Both the position numbers and the translations under genes were made by a program. 64,000 nucleotides of DNA from Candidatus Saccharimonadales bacterium (lineage in GTDB: Bacteria; Patescibacteriota; Saccharimonadia; Saccharimonadales; JAYRRP01), in assembly GCA_041906765.1 (NCBI GenBank), contig JAYRIP010000005.1, positions 65,581-129,580 of the forward strand, read 5' to 3'. Below, one piece after another: positions 55,753 to 62,726 of the stretch (position 1 is the stretch's first letter; each line of letters starts with the position of its first letter). The notes under the pieces were generated by a model. The model had not been told where the DNA came from and did not search any database. It saw nothing but the letters and a program-made list of their open reading frames with translations.

Positions 55753-55775
55753 TTTGCAGGGAGTCTCCCTGCAAA
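55753..55775. repeat. 23-bp palindromic element, copy 5 (TTTGCAGGGAGTCTCCCTGCAAA, perfect, centre inverted relative to copy 4)
   Basis: It is the exact reverse complement of copy 4. Together the two copies bracket the relBE cassette. Confidence 0.9.
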
Positions 55776-55807
55776 ACTATACTCTAAGGACTAACTCTTG
55801 CGGGCTT

Positions 55808-56287
55808 CTATAGAACTTGAATTTTCTTAACAGTGTCTTGCTTGAGTTTCTTAAATGATATGGTGAGTACGCCGTCTTTGAGTACGGCTTCGATCTCATC
55901 CTCTTTGACCGGCACCGGCAAGGCAATACTGCGGGAGAATTCTCCCCAGTAGCACTCCTGAATAAAATAGTTTTCGACGTTGTCTTCGTTGCCAGCTGAT
56001 AATGTTCCACGGATGCTCAGTGTATTGTCGGCAATACTGACGTCGAGGTCGTTTTTATTAACTCCAGCCGTGCGGGCCTTGACTACCAGTTTTTCCTTAG
56101 TTTCGTATACATCAAGTGCCAACTGGCCAGGTACGGCCTCTTCTTCGTCCCATTGCTCTTCTGTTGGTGAGGCCGGTGCAGGTTGTGCTGGCTCTTCTTG
56201 CGCAGCCGGGGTGTCCTCTTCGCCCAAAAACGCAGCGGTCAGTTCGTCTTCCATCAACAGATCTTCATCGCGATTGCGTCGCGCCAT
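55808..56287 (-). CDS. Hsp20/alpha-crystallin family small heat-shock protein
   Basis: The alpha-crystallin domain reads LALDVYETKEKLVVKARTAGVNKNDLDVSIADNTLSIRG ... LPVPVKEDEIEAVLKDGVLTISF. A GGAGGG RBS lies upstream. Confidence 0.85.
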   Translation of the reverse strand: MARRNRDEDLLMEDELTAAFLGEEDTPAAQEEPAQPAPASPTEEQWDEEEAVPGQLALDVYETKEKLVVKARTAGVNKNDLDVSIADNTLSIRGTLSAGNEDNVENYFIQECYWGEFSRSIALPVPVKEDEIEAVLKDGVLTISFKKLKQDTVKKIQVL

Positions 56288-56406
56288 AGTTGTTACCCTC
56301 CGCTTTAGTCATTTAACTTGCGTTTTTGTGTTATCAGCAGTATAGCTTAGGTTATAATAGCCATCAACCGGTGGGGGTACATATTTACAACGGTAGTAAT
56401 TACAAC

Positions 56407-57084
56407 ATGCTAGTGGTTGAGCCTCTCTTAAAACTATTTGCCCCTCACGCCTGCCTTGTTTGCGGCGAGGAAGGCGTGTTGGCGTGTCAGATGTGCTGGC
56501 CGCAAATGCTTCCTCCTATGCCTTCGCGATGCTATCTCTGCCAGGCGGCTACCCGTGATTTTGCACTCTGCACACTCTGCCGGCGAAAAAGCAAATTAAG
56601 GCACGTGTGGGTTTGTACTGAATATGAGGCATATGCCAAAAAGCTGGTTCGCGTACTTAAATATCATTTTGCCACTGAAGCTGCCAAGATTATGGCCACC
56701 GCTATGGCCGAGGTACTGCCCTTTTTGGAGCCATCCCGACCCCTGCTCGTACCGATTCCTACGGCTACAAGTCGTCGCAGAACTCGGGGATTTGACCAGT
56801 CAGAGCTTTTAGCGAAGCATATTGCCGCAAAGACAGGTTGGAAAATGGGCAGCGTACTTACGCGGCGTGGGCAATCACGGCAAGTCGGCAGCAAAAAGGC
56901 ACAGCGCCTTACCCAACTGCAAAATGCGTTGGTTGTTCGTCGCCCAGCTGAGGTAAAAAACCAACACGTCATAGTAGTAGACGATGTGGTTACGACCGGT
57001 GCGACTATTGAGGCAGCAGCACAAGCCCTCAGGGCTGCCGGGGCGTCTTCTGTTAACGCAGTAGTATTTGCCCAAGCACAGTAA
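56407..57084 (+). CDS. comF: ComF-family protein (ComFC-like phosphoribosyltransferase domain with N-terminal Cys4 zinc finger)
   Basis: It has CLVCGEEG...CQMC and CYLCQ...CTLC motifs and the PRTase motif HVIVVDDVVTTGATI. The ATG at 56407 is preferred over the track start at 56326. Confidence 0.75.
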   Translation: MLVVEPLLKLFAPHACLVCGEEGVLACQMCWPQMLPPMPSRCYLCQAATRDFALCTLCRRKSKLRHVWVCTEYEAYAKKLVRVLKYHFATEAAKIMATAMAEVLPFLEPSRPLLVPIPTATSRRRTRGFDQSELLAKHIAAKTGWKMGSVLTRRGQSRQVGSKKAQRLTQLQNALVVRRPAEVKNQHVIVVDDVVTTGATIEAAAQALRAAGASSVNAVVFAQAQ

Positions 57085-57119
57085 CTTGAGCTAAGCTTGG
57101 GTATACTATAATTTAGCCT

Positions 57120-57209
57120 GGAGAGGTGCCCGAGTGGTTGAAGGGAACGGTCTTGAAAACCGTCGTGCCGGCAACGGTACCGTGGGTTCGAATCCCACTC
57201 TCTCCGCCA
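57120..57209 (+). tRNA. tRNA-Ser (anticodon UGA), CCA encoded
   Basis: It folds by hand into a cloverleaf. The acceptor is GGAGAGG/TCTCTCC, the anticodon loop is CTTGAAA, and the long variable arm is GTGCCGGCAACGGTAC. The T arm is GTGGG-TTCGAAT-CCCAC, and it ends GCCA. Confidence 0.9.
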
Positions 57210-57215
57210 GCAATG

Positions 57216-57245
57216 AAAACGACCCCATGAGGGTCATTTTTATTG
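57216..57245 (+). terminator. intrinsic terminator after tRNA-Ser
   Basis: The hairpin AAAACGACCC-CATGA-GGGTCATTTT has one mismatch and is followed by a T-rich run. Confidence 0.6.
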
Positions 57246-57361
57246 CTGTTAGTAAGGTGAGAACCCAATCTTTTGCGGAGCGAAAGCTCTCGCAGAAACT
57301 TGTTTTGAGAAAGCTTAAGCGGAAGAGGACGAAGTCCGCTATCCCTCTGCAGTTTAAATGT

Positions 57362-57381
57362 ACCCGCTATGAGCGGGTTTT
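57362..57381 (+). terminator. intrinsic terminator-like hairpin (ACCCGCT-ATG-AGCGGGT + TTTT)
   Basis: It has a perfect 7-bp stem followed by TTTT. It closes a structured non-coding stretch of about 130 nt (see findings). Confidence 0.45.
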
Positions 57382-57416
57382 CAAATTGGTCTTTGAGCGT
57401 ATAATATTTTATCACT

Positions 57417-57638
57417 ATGGCAGATGATTACACTGGTGTACTACTCGAGAGAATCCAAGACCAACTGCAGCGATTGGCTGAAGCTGTGGCTGATGTGCTG
57501 GCTAAAGTAGATGACATTGATCAGCGTCTTCGTGAAGTGGAATCAGACATTAAAGTTATAAAAGCAGCGGTGACTGACCAAAGTTACCAGCTCAAGCAGC
57601 AAAGTGAGCGACTAAATACCCTTGAATCAGCTACCTAG
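57417..57638 (+). CDS. small coiled-coil protein, unknown function
   Basis: It is 73 aa with heptad-like helical sequence throughout (LLERIQDQLQRLAEAVADVLAKVDDIDQRLREVESDIKVIKAAV). I recognised no family. Confidence 0.45.
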   Translation: MADDYTGVLLERIQDQLQRLAEAVADVLAKVDDIDQRLREVESDIKVIKAAVTDQSYQLKQQSERLNTLESAT

Positions 57639-57701
57639 TATTAACCTCTGTCGCTACCTCTTTTACTTCTGCTGAAATCAACTCCGTGTATCATATAGAT
57701 A

Positions 57702-58400
57702 ATGAGAAATAAGACTGAACGCTTTCACTACACTCAGTCTCTTCATGAGTTTCAGGCAATAATCAGACAAATTTATGGACTTCACGATGACCGGTTTTAC
57801 TCTATATGGGATTTACTGGCACAACAACAGCGGTTTACTATGCGAGCCCTCAAAGGCGTAAGGAAGGATGATAAACAAAAAATAAAAGTTAATATCCTGA
57901 TTGCTTTTTCGTGGCTAATGGCAACGGCCAATAGGCTTCATGTTGATCTTGAAGAAGAGGTATGGAAGCGTTTTCCTGGACTATGCTCATATTGCGGCCA
58001 GCAACCTTGTGGATGTAAAAAGTCCAAGCCAACAGGTCGAAAAAAATTAGTTCGAAACTTGAGTCTTAAGCCGAGTAGTCTGGCCGAAACACAGACAATG
58101 TTTGCACAAATTTACCCCGCCAAGAATCGCACCATAGCTGATGCAGGAGTGCATCTGGCGGAAGAAATGGGAGAGGTAAGCGAGGCAATCCACAATTATC
58201 TTGGTAAACATGAGGAAAAACTCTTTACGGAAATAAAATTAGAGATGGCAGATTATGTTTCGTGTGTACTTGGTCTGGCAAACTCAGTAAAAATAGATGT
58301 CGCAAAAGAATTAGCGAAACTGTTCCGTGATAATTGCCACATTTGCCATAAAGCTCCTTGTGTCTGTAGCTTTTCGTCTGTCGTTAGCCTCAAGTCATAA
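57702..58400 (+). CDS. tandem MazG-like (all-alpha NTP pyrophosphohydrolase-like) protein, each half followed by a C-x2-C-x4-C-x-C motif
   Basis: The second half has a MazG-type acidic motif, LAEEMGEVSEAI...EIKLEMADYV. The first half is collinear but lacks the acidic residues. The two Cys clusters are CSYCGQQPCGC and CHICHKAPCVC. Confidence 0.5.
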   Translation: MRNKTERFHYTQSLHEFQAIIRQIYGLHDDRFYSIWDLLAQQQRFTMRALKGVRKDDKQKIKVNILIAFSWLMATANRLHVDLEEEVWKRFPGLCSYCGQQPCGCKKSKPTGRKKLVRNLSLKPSSLAETQTMFAQIYPAKNRTIADAGVHLAEEMGEVSEAIHNYLGKHEEKLFTEIKLEMADYVSCVLGLANSVKIDVAKELAKLFRDNCHICHKAPCVCSFSSVVSLKS

Positions 58401-58469
58401 GTAGTATAAAATCTATCTTTCTTCAGTGAGTGATTGTGTATGCTTTTAAAACCGTTGTACAATACGCTT

Positions 58470-59060
58470 ATGGCAGAGAGTCAAACCACCCAAGTAACTG
58501 CGCCGACTCCAGAAGGTCAATGGCAATTTCACGCCGAAGACGGATCTGCAGAAACCGAAGATGTCACAGATGCAACAACTGCTATTTCGCAGGATCAGGA
58601 CATTGCGCCAGTCACCTGGACAGCGTCAGAATTCATTGCGCATCATAAATCAGCCAGTTGGTATGTGGTATTAGTATTGCTGACAGCAGCCTTTGGAGGC
58701 CTGATTTTTTGGCTAACCCATGACTATGTCACGGTGGCATTAATTGCTGTTGCGGCAATTCTGTTTGGGGTAATGGCCTCTAGGAAACCGCGTGAATTAC
58801 AGTATCAAATAGACGGAAGCGGCATTCACGTTGGTGAAAAACTCTATACCTATAGTAGCTTCAAATCGTTCGCAGTTGTGCAAGAGGAAGGAGTGGAATC
58901 AATTTGGTTTTTGCCTCTTAAACGTTTTATGCCGAGTTTGAGTATTTACTTTGCACCACAAGACAAAGATAAGATAGTTGGGGCGCTCTCGGGTGCTCTA
59001 CCTTTTGAACACCGGCAACTCGATCCACTCGACAAGGTTATACATAAGATTAGATTTTAG
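58470..59060 (+). CDS. membrane protein with two TM helices and a C-terminal PH-like (bPH-type) domain
   Basis: The ATG at 58470 lies 6 nt after a TACAAT hexamer. It has an acidic N-terminus and two TM helices (WYVVLVLLTAAFGGLIFWL and VALIAVAAILFGVMA), then a beta-rich region of about 90 aa. The domain call is tentative. Confidence 0.45.
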   Translation: MAESQTTQVTAPTPEGQWQFHAEDGSAETEDVTDATTAISQDQDIAPVTWTASEFIAHHKSASWYVVLVLLTAAFGGLIFWLTHDYVTVALIAVAAILFGVMASRKPRELQYQIDGSGIHVGEKLYTYSSFKSFAVVQEEGVESIWFLPLKRFMPSLSIYFAPQDKDKIVGALSGALPFEHRQLDPLDKVIHKIRF

Positions 59061-59138
59061 AATAGCCTTTGTGGCATCAATAGAGAGTGTATGATAAACT
59101 CTTCCCTGTTCTTTATATGTTTTTGCTGCATAGGATAT

Positions 59139-59215
59139 GCACCCGTAGCTCAGCTGGATAGAGCGTTGGCTTGCGGAGCCAAAGGTCGTAGGTTCGAATC
59201 CTGCCGGGTGTACCA
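59139..59215 (+). tRNA. tRNA-Arg (anticodon GCG), CCA encoded
   Basis: By hand fold, the acceptor is GCACCCG/CGGGTGT, the D arm is GCTC-AGCTGGATA-GAGC, and the anticodon arm is TTGGC-TTGCGGA-GCCAA. The variable loop is AGGTC and the T arm is GTAGG-TTCGAAT-CCTGC, ending ACCA. The body resembles bacterial tRNA-Arg(ACG) genes, but position 34 is G. Confidence 0.85.
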
Positions 59216-59221
59216 CGCATG

Positions 59222-59245
59222 AACCCCACTTCTTGTGGGGTTTTT
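59222..59245 (+). terminator. intrinsic terminator after tRNA-Arg
   Basis: The hairpin AACCCCAC-TTCTT-GTGGGGTT is followed by TTT. Confidence 0.7.
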
Positions 59246-59409
59246 GCGTGGTTATCTCTACATGAATTGAACTATGACACTTATAAGGTCGCAGGTGAGA
59301 ACTGCCAGTGGCAGTTCGCAAGGCCTGAGACAGGTTTTGAACTTGTTTAAAGTATGTCGAGGCGGGGCCGAGGTCAAGGCCGAACTTGTTCGCCTTGAAC
59401 CGTGGCCTG

Positions 59410-59429
59410 ATCCTGCCGGGTGTACCACG
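59410..59429 (+). repeat. 20-nt exact direct repeat of the tRNA-Arg 3' end (atcctgccgggtgtaccacg)
   Basis: It is identical to 59198-59217, which lies inside the tRNA, and starts 212 bp downstream of that copy. Confidence 0.9.
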
Positions 59430-59590
59430 AATTGACAAATAGTGTTTAGTTTGTACAATCATGGGCTAGGACTTGAAGACCTAGATAAACCTCAGTATGC
59501 GCTCACGAACTCCGTCAAATTCTATTGTCGTGAAGCCATTCAGGCCGCCAGACTCTAACAAAACAGCCTGTAATAAATTTCCAAATTGAT

Positions 59591-60895
59591 TTAGTGGGAA
59601 TGACTAATCTTGGCACTACGTGAGCGCAAAGATTTTGCCTTACTAGCCTGGCCGCCGAGTAGCTCGATAAGAAGCACCAGCACAACCATGATGCCGAGAT
59701 AAACCAGCAGGCTTTGAAAAGTAAGACGCACCAATAACATTAATAGAGATAAGATAGCGACAACTGACCATTGCAAGGCTCTTTTGTGTGCGGACACAAA
59801 AGAAGTGATACGATTTTCTTTTGCAAATAGCTTTTGGTGTAGCTTGCCTCCTAGTAGTAAACCAACCTGCTTTTTTATCGAAGACGCAGAACGCGATGGA
59901 CCGCTTATCCATGTAATGACACCTATAACTATAAGTGCACATAGGATGGTAACGGTCTGGACGGCAAGCGGATGAAGAAGTATTTGTAGGGCGCTTCGTA
60001 TACCATCCTGATATTGAGGGTTTGCCCGCCCCGATACCGTTTCGATAGCGATACGGCGGGCAATGAGGGTAGCTACCATCATGCCGGCGCCAGCCCAACA
60101 AAAAACATATAAAGTTCGCCGGCGGTATCGGCTGAGCCAGACTGCCCCCACAAGACTGATTACTAAAAAGGCGATCGCGAGGAATCGCCACGTGTCGATT
60201 TTGGTTACTAAATTATGTGCTGTAGGTAGCCACGAGACAGTCACTACGTTGATGTTTCCGACATTTGCCGGTAAAGACTTATTTGCCAAAAATGAGAGTT
60301 TTGTATCGGCCAAACGGCTACTGAGCTGGTTGTATATATCGTTTAGCGAAATGGTACCGTCACCCTCATACTTGGTAACAAAAGTAATCATCCTTTGGTG
60401 CTGATTGGTGACAAGCGTATTCCACCGTTGTTGAAAGGCGGGTCTAGCCAGGATAGTCTGCAAGGTACTCTGAGTTTGGGACTTCAGTTGCTCTGTAAGT
60501 TGCGGAGCAAGAAATTCAGCTCTGGGAGGCAACACTTGTTCGGTAAATGCCTGTACATCCACTTGAGTGAACAGATTATTGGTCACATACTGAGCCATTG
60601 CTTTTTGAACTTGAGGGTCTTGGATGACAGGTTGTACGGAAGATGCGAAGCGATCTTGTTTTACGAGTGTGTTCCCTGTCCAGAAGAATATATTACCTAC
60701 ACCCAAGGTAATTACTGCGATGCTCACAAGTAATATCACGCCGGCTTTGCGGAACCATTCGCCAGTATTTTTTGTTTTTTGTTTCGGCGGTTGGCTAGCT
60801 GAGACTTGTTTTAGGCGCTTGACCTCAGCCTTTAGGGATACGTTTTCGGCTCGAAGCTTTTTTATCTCTTTGGCGGTGGTCGATTGTGCAGCCAT
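59591..60895 (-). CDS. polytopic membrane protein with N-terminal coiled-coil, unknown function
   Basis: The ATG at 60895 follows an AGGAGA RBS. The track start at 61000 adds 35 unlikely residues. The N-terminus KEIKKLRAENVSLKAEVKRLKQ is followed by a TM helix, a soluble region of about 180 aa, and about five C-terminal TM helices. Confidence 0.5.
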   Translation of the reverse strand: MAAQSTTAKEIKKLRAENVSLKAEVKRLKQVSASQPPKQKTKNTGEWFRKAGVILLVSIAVITLGVGNIFFWTGNTLVKQDRFASSVQPVIQDPQVQKAMAQYVTNNLFTQVDVQAFTEQVLPPRAEFLAPQLTEQLKSQTQSTLQTILARPAFQQRWNTLVTNQHQRMITFVTKYEGDGTISLNDIYNQLSSRLADTKLSFLANKSLPANVGNINVVTVSWLPTAHNLVTKIDTWRFLAIAFLVISLVGAVWLSRYRRRTLYVFCWAGAGMMVATLIARRIAIETVSGRANPQYQDGIRSALQILLHPLAVQTVTILCALIVIGVITWISGPSRSASSIKKQVGLLLGGKLHQKLFAKENRITSFVSAHKRALQWSVVAILSLLMLLVRLTFQSLLVYLGIMVVLVLLIELLGGQASKAKSLRSRSAKISHSH

Positions 60896-61055
60896 AAGTG
60901 TATCTCCTATGTTTCTCCACCCTCGTGCTAAGACTAAAAATAGCACATAATCTTTATAACAGCTACCTTGGTAATTACTATTTGTATATGTCGTGTACAA
61001 TGAAGGTGAGAAACCGGAGAGTCGTTATCACAAACGATAAGGTGTGGAGAAAAAC

Positions 61056-62660
61056 ATGAAGAAATGGATAGTCATCATGATTTTAGCTGTTGCGCAATTC
61101 GTGATGATCCTTGATAGCACAGTGATGAACGTGTCGATTAGTACGGTTGCCAAAGATTTGGGGACTACTATTTCCGGTATGCAGGCAGCCATTACTTTTT
61201 ATGCACTTACCATGGCGGCACTTATGCTGACTGGTGGCAAAATGGGTGATAAATGGGGTAGGCATAATGCTTTTAAAGTAGGCTCGATAGTTTACGGAGT
61301 AGGGTCACTGACTACAGCTCTTGCGCCTAGTCTGGCGGTTTTGTTGGTTGGTTGGTCGCTAATTGAGGGCTTAGGTGCAGTACTGGTGATACCAGCAATC
61401 GCTGCGCTTGCGGCTATCAACTACAAAGGCAAAGACCGAGTAATCGCCTTTTCTATACTTGGCGCCGTAACTGGTTTGGCCGCTGCTGCCGGTCCGCTTA
61501 TCGGTGGTATGGTCACTACCTATTTTTCCTGGCGATACGTGTTTGCAGCCGAAACGGTCATAATGGCAGTGGTACTTCTTGTTAGCAATAAGATCTATGA
61601 CGTAAAACCAAAAAAGAAGAGTACTTTTGATATTTTAAGCACTTTTTTGTCAGCTATTGGCATGGCGCTATTGGTGTTTGGAATCTTGCAAAGTAAAACC
61701 TGGGGATGGATAAAACCATTGGGATACCCAGAAATTAATGGTCACAAAATTGCGCCGTTTGGCATTTCGCTCGTGTCCTATCTTGTTTTGGCTGGCATTG
61801 TCGTGTTGTGGATCTTTTTCCAGCGGCAGAAAAAACTTGAGGCTACAGGCGGCAATCCATTGCTCCGGGTATCATTGCTGAGAATACCTGTTTTGCGGAG
61901 TGGGCTGAGCGTACTACTCGGCCAGTATTTCACCATCGCGGCCCTGTTTTTCGTTATCCCGGTGTATCTTCAAACCATTTTGGGATATGACGCCTTGCAA
62001 ACGGGCATAAAGATTATTCCTTTATCGATTGGACTAGTGATGTTCTCGGCGCTTGGTTCTCGGATGTCCTCTCGGCGTGCAGCGAGACAAATCACAAGAC
62101 TTGGTCAGCTTATTATAGCAGTCGGCGTTCTCTTAACACTCGCGTCAGTACAACCGGAACTGAAAGGCGGCTTATTTTGGATAGGAATGTTCGTTGTCGG
62201 CGCCGGCTTTGGTTTGTTGGCGAGCCAGCTCGGAAACGTCAATATGTCGGCAGTAGAAAAGAAAGACACTGCAGAAGTAGGTGGGCTGCAAGGAACTTAC
62301 CAAAACCTTGGCTCATCTTTTGGAACTGCCGTGGTTGGTTCAATATTTATGCTTTCTCTAACGTCGGGTTTTATATCGTCTGTTAACAATAGTTCCGCCC
62401 TTTCACCTGCTGCAAAGCAGCAAGTGGTTTCACAGTCCCAATATGGTGTGCAGATAGTTTCGCAATCCCAAGCCCAACAATATGTCGAGAAGAGTGGCGG
62501 AAGCAAAGAAACAGCCGAAACAGTTGCAGGTTTATATCAAGACTCACAAATAACTGCGCTCAGACAAGCTCTCTTTATTGTTTTTGCGGTTGGTATACTC
62601 TCTTTGTTATTTGCTCGTAACTTGCCCACAACGTTGCAAGAAAAGTCAAAATCGTCTTAA
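61056..62660 (+). CDS. MFS transporter, DHA2 (EmrB/QacA, 14-TMS) type
   Basis: The N-terminus AQFVMILDSTVMNVS is typical of DHA2, with motif A-like GKMGDKWGRH and about 14 hydrophobic helices. The ATG at 61056 lies 5 nt after GGAGA. Confidence 0.8.
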   Translation: MKKWIVIMILAVAQFVMILDSTVMNVSISTVAKDLGTTISGMQAAITFYALTMAALMLTGGKMGDKWGRHNAFKVGSIVYGVGSLTTALAPSLAVLLVGWSLIEGLGAVLVIPAIAALAAINYKGKDRVIAFSILGAVTGLAAAAGPLIGGMVTTYFSWRYVFAAETVIMAVVLLVSNKIYDVKPKKKSTFDILSTFLSAIGMALLVFGILQSKTWGWIKPLGYPEINGHKIAPFGISLVSYLVLAGIVVLWIFFQRQKKLEATGGNPLLRVSLLRIPVLRSGLSVLLGQYFTIAALFFVIPVYLQTILGYDALQTGIKIIPLSIGLVMFSALGSRMSSRRAARQITRLGQLIIAVGVLLTLASVQPELKGGLFWIGMFVVGAGFGLLASQLGNVNMSAVEKKDTAEVGGLQGTYQNLGSSFGTAVVGSIFMLSLTSGFISSVNNSSALSPAAKQQVVSQSQYGVQIVSQSQAQQYVEKSGGSKETAETVAGLYQDSQITALRQALFIVFAVGILSLLFARNLPTTLQEKSKSS

Positions 62661-62726
62661 GAAGCAAGACTGGTTTCACGAATTACTGCCCTATAGCTTA
62701 TAATCAAAAGTGAGAAAGTTGGGGGC

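Noticed and set aside
57113-57427. 100-aa (minus) and 97-aa (plus) ORFs after comF
   Set aside because: Both run straight through the tRNA-Ser gene and two terminator hairpins, and their translations are low-complexity or unrecognisable.
58998-59462. 154-aa minus-strand ORF
   Set aside because: It overlaps tRNA-Arg, its terminator and the 3' end of the convergent 58470-59060 gene. It has no RBS and no recognisable protein.
59643-60733. 182-aa minus-frame and 63-113-aa plus-strand ORFs overlapping 59591..60895
   Set aside because: They are alternative-frame or antisense ORFs inside a long membrane-protein gene. Their translations are Cys/Arg/Pro-rich with no helical hydrophobic pattern.
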